Notes under the pieces: model-generated
Databases searched by the model: none
Seen by the model: only the letters and a program-made list of their open reading frames with translations
What the model was told of the DNA's origin: nothing
Assembly: GCA_030390025.1 (NCBI GenBank)
Contig: CM059427.1
Coordinates: forward strand, 188,666,001-188,730,000
Direction: 5' to 3'
Length of the DNA stretch: 64,000 bases
DNA from: Squalus acanthias
Taxonomy: Eukaryota
Position numbers and translations under genes: made by a program
Part shown: positions 11,773 through 23,066 of the stretch, piece after piece
Position numbering within the stretch: the first letter of the stretch is position 1
How the letters are laid out: every line of letters starts with the position of its first letter

Positions 11773-13174
11773 GGGTAGAGTTTCCGCTTTGGGCACAATC
11801 GGCGATTCCGGCACAAATTGCGCCAAAACTGCGCCCGTTTTGAAAAGTGTTTCCCCCCCACCCCCCGAGGTTCCACTCAATCTCATTTGCATATCACCAA
11901 ACACGAAATCTGCCCTGAACCAGCGCAATTGGTCAGTGATTTAAAACGTAATTTCTTTTTGCTAATTTTGCTTTAAAAATATTCTCGGCTACATTTAAGA
12001 ATGGTAACTTGGAGCAGTTTGCTTAATACAGCTGAAAGTGGGTTTATCACAAAAAATAAGCATTTTAAATCACAGTATCGATCCGCCACCTGTGAGTAAC
12101 CGATTTTAAATGACTGAAAATGTCATTAAAAAATATACAGAACTATTTTCTAGTTAGATTTGGGCACAGTACTCAGTTCCTTAGTAAATTTAAAAAAATT
12201 ATTTCAAATCCTTTCAAAACGTATGTATTCGTGTCCTTGCGACCAAAAGCTCCAGCTCCATTTTTGGGGCCTCCTCGTCGGCCTGCAACAGGCACAATTA
12301 GTGGAAACTCCCAATGGTGATTGGTTCACCCTGTGGGCGGGGCCAGTTTTGTGGGCAGGGCCAGTTTTGTGGGTGGGGCCAGTTTTGTGGGTGGTGCCAG
12401 TTTTGTGGGTGGGGCCAGTTTTGTGGGCGGGGTCAGTTTTGTGGGCGGGCCAGTTTTGTGAGCAGGGAACGTTTTGTGGGCGGGGTCAGTTTTGTGGGCG
12501 GGGTCAGTTTTGTGGGCGGGGTCAGTTTTGTAGGTGAGGCCAGTTTTGTGGGCGGGGTCAGTTTTGTAGGTGAGGCCAGTTTTGTGGGCGGGGTCAGTTT
12601 TGTAGGTGAGGCCAGTTTTGTGGGCAGGGCCAGTTTTGTGGGCGGGGTCAGTTTTGTAGGTGAGGCCAGTTTTGTGGGCGGGGTCAGTTTTGTGAGCAGG
12701 GAAAGTTTTGTGGACAGGGCCAGTTTTGTGGGCGGGGTCAGTTTTGTGGGCGGGGCCAGTTTTGTGAGCAGGGAAAGTTTTGTGGGCAGGGCCAGTTTTG
12801 CAGGTGAGGCCAGTTTTGTTGGTGTGGCCAGTTTTGTGGGCGGGGCCAATTTTGTGGACGGGGCCAGTTTTGTGGGCATGGCCAGTTTTGTAGGCAGGGC
12901 CAGTTTTGTGGGTGGGGCCAGTTTTGTGGACGTGGCCAGTTTTGTAGGCAGGGTCAGTTTTGTGGGCGTGGCCAGTTTTGTGGGCAGGGCCAGTTTTGTA
13001 GGCGGGGCCTGCTTCTAGCGCGATGTCTTTGAAACTAGAGCCAAAGATCACGGAAAATCGAGTTGCATTGAATGCAATTTGCGCTTAAAATTCCGCTATC
13101 GTTTGCGTTAGTTACGCCGATATCAGGCGAATTGTACCGAAAAAAACAACACAATGGGGTGCAAACTCCAGGAC
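11773..13174. mobile_element. MITE-like insertion in the A2-B2 intron
   Basis: Absent from the paralogous 78-bp intron 1938-2015. Imperfect TIRs GGGTAGAGTTT / AAACTCCAGGAC. Confidence 0.8.
12332..13010. repeat. 18-bp G-rich minisatellite (GGGCGGGGCCAGTTTTGT)n
   Basis: About 37 degenerate tandem units read directly from the sequence. Confidence 0.95.
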
Positions 13175-13211
13175 ATTGTTTAAAATCTAAATGATTTTCT
13201 TGTTTACACAG

Positions 13212-13481
13212 TCACAGCTGAACCATCTGATGCAGTGACTGAGGGAGACACCGTTACCCTGACCTGCTATGTCTCTGATGTCACTGAATCAATGAGACTT
13301 CTTTGGATCAGTAGTGATGGCAAAACTGTTGAAGAGAAAACTTTTAAGGACCGGAAGCAGGAAGAGGATTTGTTACGGCTGATTATTCAGAAAGCTGATC
13401 GAGACAGAAGGAACTGGACATGTGTTTTATTTCATCAAAACACGCCCAGCGTTTTAATTCCATATTATCTGAAGGTTAACA
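13212..13481 (+). CDS. Receptor gene 1, exon B2: C2-type Ig domain with WxC
   Basis: acacag acceptor, A|gtaagt donor, 270 nt, phase 1-1. GDTVTLTCYVS..LLW..RNWTC. Confidence 0.92.
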
Positions 13482-13758
13482 GTAAGTGTCTCAGGTTTTG
13501 CTCTTTGTAACCTCCATAGAAAGTTCTTGCTGCTCTTCTGTTATGATAACCTTTTACTTTTCATATTCTATTGCACTCCACATTACTCAGAGTTTAATCA
13601 GAGGTGTTGACATAGAAACAGTTTAACATCAAAAGTCAAACTATACAGCTCAAAGCAATGGAAGAAGAAATACAGTGCGGTGTTGGGTCAGACCCACTGT
13701 CAGGCAGATATAGATGGAACACATCATTCGAGGTACAATTGTGGGGAAGGAGAGAGAT

Positions 13759-13990
13759 GCCCTGACCTGCTCTGTCTCTGATGTCACTGAATCAATGGAA
13801 TTTGTTTGGATCAGAAACTAAAGCAACATTGTTGAAGAGAAATCGTTCAATGGATGGAATTGGGAAGGGAAATCATTGAGACTGATTATTCAGAAAGCTG
13901 ACAGAGACAGAGGGAACTGGATATGTGTTTTCTTTTATCAAAACAGCCCCAGGTTTTACCCCTGTACTATCTGGAGCCCAGTGCTCAGTG
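13759..13990 (+). pseudogene. Relic B-type Ig exon (5'-truncated)
   Basis: LTCSVSDVTESM..SLRLIIQKADRDRGNWIC homology. In-frame TAA, frameshift near 13955, and donor gtaag changed to ctcag. Confidence 0.85.
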
Positions 13991-16900
13991 ACTCAGGGTT
14001 TGCGCTCAATAGAAAATTATTGTCACTAATTGTTCTTTTTACCAGAGATGATCCCTCATCCTTTGTGTCCTATTTCACTCCACTATTGCTCACAGCCTCC
14101 ACATTCATAATTATTCACACCACAGTTTGAAACCACAAGAAATGCCACACAGTGAAATTTGCCCCCTTGGCTCAGACACATTGGGGGTAATTTTGACTTC
14201 GGGCGATAGAGTCAAACGAGCGATATCGGATCAGCCGTCCGTTATACATCGCTCCTGATTTTCATTTCCATTGATTTCAAAGTCAAAATTGTATGGGAAG
14301 GTTGGAAGGAGTGTGCAGTTTGAGATATGGAGGCTGATTGCATGTGGCCTGGTCAGAGAGTAAGGAGAGGGAAGAGTATGTTTACTGTCTCACCGTCTAT
14401 GATTTTCTGATCAGCACGGGCTGTGTGTGAGGCTCTGTCACTGGGGAGAGCCTCAGAAAATCTCCCCTCAGATAACTCAGCACAGCCTGGGATCGAGTTT
14501 GGAACCTTCCCGGTCCGGATGTCTCAGATACGCATTGAGACACGGCAAGCATTTATTTTTACAGCAAAAATGGTACAGAAGCCGTTTCCATTGGTTTTCA
14601 GACCCCAAATCAATCCGAATCTTTAGGCAGATTGTTAAAAATAAATCACAGCAAAAAACAATTCACAGCTGCAAAAATTGCAATTGAAGTCTCCACTCTT
14701 CAGGTTCAGAGAAACTCTTCTTCTCTGCCTGTCTCAGCTGATCCTGGAAACATCGGTGCCTCATCACTCTCATTCTAACTGAGGGCTCGTGCATTGTGAG
14801 CACAAGAGCAGGAAACTCGAGGCTCTGGGTGGCCTCCTGAAACAGGCTTTAGGCGTCTTGTACATGCAATTCTGGGTCCTAACGCCAACTGGAGGACCCC
14901 GATTGAAATTGGTGTACAGATGGGCGGAGCTTATGCCGGGCCAGCTCCAGCTCACTGTACCAGGTTTTGAGTGGATGAACCACTGGTGTTTAACAGGACC
15001 GTTGGAGGCCGCTCAAGAAATGGCCGGAAAACATTTTAACAGTTACATTTCTGTGGAGCTAGGAGGAGATGGAGTGCTTCTCCTGGCTCCACAATAATAC
15101 TGCGGCCTGGGTTCGACCTCCACACAAGCCCACGGGTTTGGCTCCCCAAAGGACCTACCTGTGGGCTGGTTCAGCATCGAAGCTGGCTGGAATTCATCAG
15201 GCCCCCACTGGGACACAACGATTGGCGTCTGTGGATCGTCTGTTCATTCTAATGAGGGCTGATGGTGAATTTCATCTGGCCCCAGGCCGGCAGGGACCGG
15301 CGCTCAAAGCAATCACTTCGCCAACTCGATGCCCATTTTGGGCGCAAGTTCAATTTCTCAGACTTGGAACCTGCAGATTTAAAAGCAGAGGATTGAAAGG
15401 GGACCTTAAAGAGCTTTATAAGATAATGAATGGAACAGAAATTATTGGTCTGGAGGAAAATCTCTGGACTGGTATAAGAGGCAGTTGGAGACTGTGATGA
15501 TGAGACTGTAAGATTACATCGAAGGATTAGCTGGAGGAACCGACTATCTTCCCTCATCCCTTGTCTTTATTTATCCTCATAATAATAAGGTTGAGTCCAT
15601 GAGGGTGCTGCCAGAAAATGAAAAGCGAAGGTGTAGTGTTAGGAGATTTAAATCAGTCAGGAAATATTAAAATGTGGAAAAGCATCAATGGTACATGGCT
15701 GAAATAAAGAACAGAGGGAAAAGAAACAAAAAGAAGCATCAGCTGTACTAGTTTAAAAAACTCACAGGATTGAAGGAAGCAAAAGCCAGTTAGACCGTTA
15801 AACTTACTGTGAATTCAACTCTATCACCAACGTTGTTTGTACCGGATTCTCACACAGGTCTTGTGATTCACTGAGCAGTGGGAATTCCTACAGAGTATCC
15901 GTGATAGGCACCAGACAGCAATTCACCACCTCACAGCACCTGTCCACGCACTGAGTGTTAATAATAGGCTCAGCAATATTACAAGGCAAAGTTTCACAAC
16001 CAGCAGCACAGTGCGTGGATCCTGCGTTCGCTCCCACACTAGAAACCCCACCAGAGGAACTTGGGGTCGATGTGAACTATCGGGTGTCTGACCGGCGGAG
16101 CGGGAGGGCGATGGACGGCCGCCCGATGGTGCTGACGGCAGGCCCGGTCCATGTTGACGGACGGGCCTCATTAGCATCACGCCGGCAGGCCTTGGGCAGA
16201 AATCGATGGGCCTACCGCCTGACTCCGCCCACCCAGCGCTAGGCCCGGGAGAAGATCGCCGCGGCAACAGTGACTGCAGGAATGGGGGGAAAGGGGGCTG
16301 AGCCATTCCTGGCCATTTTCCGGGACATTACCATCCCGATTCCACCAGTCGGGAAGCCTCAAAATTCAACCACTCACTCCCTGAACAGTGGGATTATAGG
16401 TCATTGAATACAATGGTACATTGAGGCTTGCAAACCAGTTATTAGAGAAGACAATGACATTGATATGGTGAACAAACTAAAGACAAATGATTAGGGGATA
16501 ACATGGTAGATCACATTCAATGTTCTGTTTAATAGTTTAAAATTAGGTTTGATAATCTTGACCATGATCAATGCCATGGGAGATGAACCAGTCTAACATA
16601 ACTATAATGGAAGTCTGTCTACTGATGAAATTGTCCACTTATTTCATGTAGTTCCCTCATCTAGTGTTACAATATTATATTAATTAAGATTTTGAAATAA
16701 AAACATTAATTAAATGTACCATAGATAAACATTACAACAACACACAAAACTTTCAAAAACATGCATGGTTACACTGTTAAACATTAATAGTTTCAACAAA
16801 ATTGCACTTTGTCAAAATAGGTTAAGTGAGTGCCAGTTACAGATCTGTGGCTGTCTCACACCTTGATGGTTAATGTCTCCCCAGACACCACAGCCGAGAT

Positions 16901-17296
16901 TGGGAACTCGCCACCTGGGGAATCTCAGGTGTGAATCTGTATTCTGCCACTCTGGTCAGGACAAAACTTTCACATCCAGTTTGTCAGTTTAGATAATGAA
17001 TGACCAAATTTTGAGTTTATTCACTCCCTTTTCATTCACTCAGAGCTGCTCACTTTAATTCTAAACCATTGCACCCACAAGAATCTGATGAAAATAGTCA
17101 AATCCAGACACATAAAATGTGACAAAAAGAACACAACGTGGACTTGGTCTTGATGGAAATATTTGGTTCTCTGGCTCCCAGTGTTTAAAGCAGAATGTTT
17201 TCACTTTCCACATCTTTTATAGAATGACTGGCAGGAGTACTTAAATATTAAACGAGATGGAGAGTGAAACTAAAATCTCAACTTTGTCCTTCACAG

Positions 17297-17400
17297 TGAG
17301 ACCACTTCCGGAGATTTGGATCATCACAGTTTCGGGCTACTTGTTGGTTAAACTGGGCGTTGCTGTTGGACTAATTTGCTGCTTGAAGAGGATGACCAGA
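17297..17400 (+). CDS. Receptor gene 1, transmembrane exon with intramembrane Lys
   Basis: tcacag acceptor, AGA|gtaaga donor, phase 1-0. (M)RPLPEIWIITVSGYLLVKLGVAVGLICCLKRMTR: a hydrophobic span followed by a basic stop-transfer. Confidence 0.85.
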
Positions 17401-19251
17401 GTAAGAATTTATTTAAGCTTTCCAGTAAATCAGGAATTAGTGCCGAGCTGTCACTTGACACTGAGAAAACTGATGTTCGTTGAACAGATATTATGTGGTC
17501 ACAAACTGTATTTTAAAATTTCATTTAAATATTGCACATTGTATTAAATTTAAAGGAATCATCAGTTAAAGAAAGCAATTGTTCCAAATTTGGTGAAATC
17601 TTAGAGCTTTGAATATTTTTCCTGATTCAAATGGCAATAGCTTCCCTGCTCCCACTTTCCATCAGGCTCTGAGGAAGGAATCAGGGCGATCTCGGAGGGC
17701 CATACCTGATTATCAATGAATGGACAATGCTCAAACTAGGAGCCCAATCTTTTAATATTTTTCACTGATTATTACAAATATTCCTCTTGGAAATTAATAA
17801 CTTGAAAGTTGTCAGAAACCAATATTTGAACAGTTAAAGCACAACCATTAAAAATTACGATAAAAGGAAATTACTAATGTATTCTGTGACAATTAATGAG
17901 TGCGATCATTTTAATGTGTGCTGTTATTCTTGTTGCTGTGGCCTGGTGGCGCCAGAGAGCTGCAGTAGTGTCTGGGCCAAAAATGAATTTGTCGTTCTGT
18001 AAATCACTTCCTCTGTGGCAGGTTTGGTTTACCTGATTTACTCATAGTCAAATCTCAGTCGATTCAAAAGCAAAGTTTCTGTTTCAGAGAGCTCTATCGT
18101 GTTTGTGTTCGAGGAAGGAGTGTTTCAAGGCTGTGTGCTTCTGGGTGAAGCGAGGCGTTGTAGAATGGGAACTATTGGGGTGAGAGGCACAGAAATGTGG
18201 TAACTAGTGGAAAGTTTGAACTGACATGAAGAATGTGAGGTAATCTGTATTGTTCAGGATGTTTACTTAGAATTACATAGAATTTACAGCACAGAAACAG
18301 GCCATTGGGCCCAGCAGGTCTGTGTCGGTGTTTATGCTCCACACGAGCCTCCTCCCACCCTACTTCATCTCACCCTATCGACATATCCTTCTATTCCTTT
18401 CTCCCTCATGTACTTATCCAGCTTCCCCTTAAATCAATCTGTACTATTCGCCTAAAACACTGCATATGGTTGCGAGTTTCCAGCGAGGAAGGAATAGGGA
18501 AATCTCTGAGGGCCAAACCTGATTATCAATGAATGAAATAAAAACAGATAATTAATGAACATTGCTCACACTAGGAGCCCAATATTCTATTTTTTAAATT
18601 TTTCCTTTAATTTACTATCGCAAATATTCCTCATGGAAATTGGAAATTAGTAAATTGCATGTCGTCAGAAACCAATATTATTTGAACAGATGTTTGAAAA
18701 TGCACAACCAGTAAAAATACAATAAACTGAACAGTGCGACTGTATTTAGTGAAAATTAATGATTATGATAAACTTTACATCAGATCACAGCTCAGGGAGG
18801 TAATAAAAGAGACAGAATCAGTAGCTTTAGTAGGAGAGCATTGTTCTGTCAGAAGCAGAGTTGTCAGTTCAAGGAGGTAACTTTACTGGTGAGGTCAGTC
18901 AACCACAGGGAGAACCTCTTAGAAACGTGGTCACACTATGACCATGACCTTTGACCGTATTTACATTGACACATTCATAGTAGGAAAAATCTTCCACAAT
19001 ATCTTCTATCAGTACCTGGAGTTAGTTTATCATTTTAATCAGGTCTGTTCCTTCCAATTACTGAAGCCTTTAATTGTTGAAATTATCTCATTAACACTGA
19101 GCCAGTGATGTGTGGGTCATGGTCTGTTCTGTTCCCCATTCTGTAAAATTACTCCTCTATTCGACTTCCTCTTTGTCCATCACTTCCAGTCCAGCGTTTA
19201 TTATTGAAGGATAAGCTCTTTATTTAAAGCACATTTCTTGCCTCTTGTCAG

Positions 19252-19359
19252 ATATCGAACAGCGGGAATCCACACGAGGCGACAGGAAATGAAATAGATG
19301 ATTCACAAGAAGCCGTCGCATTACAGACCCTGAACTCCGATACTGATCTGAGATCATAG
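19252..19359 (+). CDS. Receptor gene 1, probable terminal cytoplasmic exon
   Basis: Pyrimidine tract plus tgtcag acceptor, phase 0 matching the TM exon. ISNSGNPHEATGNEIDDSQEAVALQTLNSDTDLRS*. Confidence 0.65.
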   Translation: MSNSGNPHEATGNEIDDSQEAVALQTLNSDTDLRS

Positions 19360-19414
19360 AATGACTGATACAGCACAGAAGGAGGCCATTCAGCCCATCG
19401 TGCCTGTGCCCATC
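19356..19414 (-). mobile_element. 59-bp CR1 3'-terminal insertion
   Basis: ATAGAAT..TACAGCACAGAAGGAGGCCATTCAGCCCATCG matches the reverse CR1 tails elsewhere in the window. Flanked by GAGATC at 19350-55 and 19415-20. Confidence 0.8.
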
Positions 19415-20271
19415 GAGATCTGCAGTCTCTGGAAACTAGATCGACCCAACTTGGGAAACTTTAGAAATAGATTAGTGGTTTTATTCTGGAGTTATTTTGT
19501 GGTATTTTTTTATGTAGCTGGTTTAGTTTATATCCTGAAGTGTACATTTCAATAGTTCCCAGTCTCTGTATCTGTTACTTTACTTTACTAGTCCTAACTT
19601 GTCAGGTCGCTATAAGAAATTCTAATGTGTGGAACATCGTGCAGATGTTGGGCTGAATTCCTGATCTCCACTTGTGGCCGGTGAGGCTCCAGGCTGGGGA
19701 CACAGTTTTATAACTGTAGGGACTGACGGTGACCCAGTGGTACAGCCGTGTGTGGAGCTTGAAGTGTTGGGACGTGGATTTGTGACTGTGGGTCCCCAGT
19801 GAGTGATCTCAGCTGGACTCTCTCTGCAGAGGAGCTGAATGGAGCTGAGCTGCTACAAATGAGAAGGAATGAAACTCGGCTCAGTAAATATGGGCGTCTC
19901 CCCTGCACCTCCCAGCACCTGTTCACACAACGAGATCGCGGAATCTCCGGAGAATGTTGTCTCCATGCTCTCACCCAGGGAATTGTTTTACATCGGATTA
20001 CATAGGATATACAGCACAGAAACAGGCAATTCGGCCCAACCTGTCCATGCCGGCATTTATGCTCCACTCGAGCCTCCTCCCAACTTTTCTCATCTAACTC
20101 TATCAGCATAACTCGCTATTCCCTTCTCCCTCATATGCTTATCTAGCCTCCCCTTAAATGCATCGATACTATTCGCTTCAACCACTCCCTGTGGTAGTGA
20201 GTTCCACATTCTCAACACTCTCGGATTAAAGAAGTTTCTTCTGAATTCCCTATTGATTTCTTGGTGACTAT

Positions 20272-21033
20272 GGCCTAGAAATTCGCGTGGCCGGCTTGCT
20301 GTGGGGGTAAGGATCGCGCGCGCTCTTACCCACCGCGCCTGCCGTTGTGTTTTGGGCCCACAGGAACTTCGGGTCCCGGGCCTCTCCCAAGAGCCGGCGC
20401 GCAGTGCTTGCGTGTTCCAGGGGCGCAGTTAGTGCGATGCGACCCCTGGGATCACGTGGGCCATGGAGAGCCAATGGCAGCAGACCATCTTTCATTCATA
20501 GATTTGACAGACCTGTCAAATATGTGAATTGAAATCGGCCCCAAAAGAACAGATAAACTTCAAATATTTTTTTTTTAAAAACCATCACATTTATAAAATA
20601 ACTATAGTTAAATAAATTAACCACTTTAAACAAAAATTTAAATTTTTGAAAAAATGAAAATACTTTTTAAAAGTTATAAAAATAAACTTACATTTCTTTG
20701 AAGTATCTAAAAAAGATTAACCTGTTGAAAAAAATTTAAAATTATACTTAATTAACTACATACCTTGTTCAAAAGGGGTCTTACGCCTCCTTTTTACTAG
20801 TGTAGAATCTTCCATACTTACCCTCGCGTTGAAACTTGAAAAAAAATCTAAGTGTGCTGCGTGCGCGCAGCCTCTACCGCGCACGCAGTTCACCTAGGAA
20901 CCGCCCCCTTCGCCATACCGGAAGTTCCGGTTTCCCACGCATGCGCAGTGCATGCAGGAAACCGGCACTTCGGGAATGAATACGGGTGAGTATGGACTGT
21001 GTACTCACCCGGGAACGGCCGAATTTTTGGGCC
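20272..21033. mobile_element. Harbinger-type MITE (inside a minus-strand CR1 tail beginning about 20000)
   Basis: TIRs GGCCTAGAAATTCG / CGAATTTTTGGGCC and TSD TAT. A related partial copy lies inverted at about 48150-48690. Confidence 0.85.
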
Positions 21034-21552
21034 TATATCTCTTCCCTTTGCAGCAGAGCGCGACTAAAAGATTAACAGAAAAGAAACAGCATGAATAAAA
21101 GTTGTGGAAAAGTAAATATGCAAAATAAAGTGGGAATGATTGCAGCTTTGGGAATGTTTTATTAATTTATCCTCAACAATCATTCAAAAGCCCTGATAAT
21201 CAATTGTTTGTTGATTGTACTGATGGATTGTGATGAAGAGATTGGTTTGGAATGGAATGGGAAAGTGTTTCCTTTTGTCTTTTAATCTCTCCTGCCCTCC
21301 ACCCTATCACAGACCTTCCCCTTTGTTCTTTCCCTGCCAGGAAATTATTGACCTGTTAGTAAAGAGAACTCTCAACATTCTTTGCAAGGCCCTAAAGTTG
21401 TGAGCTGTGAAAGTAAATTTGCTGAATTATTTGCCTGAAGTTTTCAAATTTTTTAGCCAGTAATTTTTGGATTTTGACATTTTAATGTTAGTGACTGTCC
21501 ATTTGGGATATATATAGAAGTGTGTGTATCTATAGTGTGTGTACGTTGTCTG

Positions 21553-22309
21553 CTGTGGCTCAGTGGTAACACTCTCACCTCTATTTTGAGATGGGGATTG
21601 CAGGAGAATCTGCCCGAGTCTGGTGGAGCGACGATTAACTTCATGGACAGTGTGGCCAGATTCGTGATCGTTCAACGAAGGAATGCTATGTTTTATAAGG
21701 GGAGAAGAATAAACCTGAAAGAGTATTTCAAATATAGACTTTGTGGATTTATTAATTGGACAAGAATTTAAGGATGGCATTTTTTGACCAGTTTTTGAAG
21801 TTCAGTAGCTTAATATATGTCATGGGCGACAAATTGAACTTTAATGTCTGAAGCTAATAAATGGTAAAGGAAGGACTGTACAGTATAACAGAATAATAAT
21901 GATGTTGTTAATGTCTTTAATGATGAATTATTTTCTGCAGCTAAAAAATGGTAAAGGAATGATTGTATGGAACAAAGGAATGATCACAATGTTGTAAATG
22001 TGTTCAATGTTGAATAAATACAATATACAGTAAAATAAAAATACTGTCACCTCTGAGTCAGAAGGTTGTGGGTTCAAGTCCCACTCCAGAGAATTGATCA
22101 CAAAATCTAGGCTGACACTCCATTGCAGTGCTGAGTGAGTGCTGAACTGTCAGAGGTGCCGTCTTTCAGATGTGATGTTAAATCGAGACCCGGTCTGCCT
22201 TCTCAGGTGGATGTAAAATATCCCATAGCATTATTTCCAAGAAGGGTAAGGAAGTTCTGCCCGGTGTCCTAGCCAATTTTTATCCCTAAAGCAACATCAC
22301 TAAAAACAG
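21553..22309 (+). mobile_element. tRNA-derived DeuSINE (SacSINE1/AmnSINE-like), interrupted
   Basis: A box TGGCTCAGTGG (21556), B box GGTTCAAGTCC (22071), Deu-domain-like GAGGTGCCGTCTTTCAGATG..CTCAGGTGGATGTAAAA..GGTGTCCTAGCCAAT. Confidence 0.8.
21583..22042 (+). mobile_element. 5'-truncated L1/Tx1-like LINE 3' end
   Basis: 12-bp TSD ACT(C/G)TCACCTCT, A-rich tail with AATAAA. The residual ORF INFMDSVARFVIVQRRNAMFYKGRRINL resembles Tx1-type ORF2 C-termini. Confidence 0.6.
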
Positions 22310-22387
22310 GGGAGAGTACATTTCCCTTTCATTTTGACTAAATTCTTTTAACCATTTATGGGAATGCATCTAAGGTAATGGATCTGT

Positions 22388-23066
22388 GTACATGATAAAC
22401 CCCTTCGAATCCAGCACAGCTCCAGTTCTGTACATGATAAACCCCTTCAAATCCAGCACAGCTCCAGTCCTGGACATGATAAACCCCTTCGAATCCAGCA
22501 CAGCTCCAGTCCTGTACTTGATAAACCCCTTCGAATCCAGCACAGCTCCAGTCCTGTACTTGATAAACCCCTTCGAATCCAGCACAGCTTGAGTCCTGTA
22601 CATGATAAACCCCTTTGAATCCAGCACAGCTCCAGTTCTGTACATAATAAACCCCTTCGAATCCAGCACAGCTCCAGTCCTGTACTTGATAAACCCCTTC
22701 GAATCCAGCACAGCTCCAGTCCTGTACATGATAAACCCCTTCGAATCCAGCACAGCTCCAGTTCTGTACATAATAAACCCCTTCGAATCCAGCACAGCTC
22801 CAGTCCTGTACTTGATAAACCCCTTCGAATCCAGCACAGCACCAGTCCTGGACATGATAAACCCCTTCGAATCCAGCACAGCTCCAGTTCTGGACATGAT
22901 AAACCCCTTCGAATCCAGCACAGCTCCAGTCCTGTACATGATAAACCCCTTCGAATCCAGCACAGCTCCAGTTCTGTACCTGATAAACCCCTTCGAATAC
23001 AGCACAGCTCCAGTCCTGGACATGATAAACCCCTTCGAATCCAGCACAGCTCCAGTTCTGGACATG
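22388..23066. repeat. 42-bp minisatellite, about 16 units
   Basis: Unit TACATGATAAACCCCTTCGAATCCAGCACAGCTCCAGTCCTG, highly homogeneous. Confidence 0.97.

Noticed and set aside
12160-13051. Long repetitive ORFs (234, 241, 148 aa)
   Set aside because: They are artefacts of an 18-bp stop-free minisatellite inside an intronic insertion.
1596-19359. Calling gene 1 CD4 or LAG3
   Set aside because: It has six or more Ig domains, unsplit V exons, a TM lysine, no Lck-binding CxC/CxH and no LAG-3 tail motifs, so no symbol was assigned.
21553-22090. Functional tRNA gene
   Set aside because: The A/B boxes belong to a SINE head followed by a Deu-like body and interrupted by an insertion.
22388-23066. 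CRISPR-like array
   Set aside because: Units are contiguous with no unique spacers, there are no cas genes, and the context is vertebrate.
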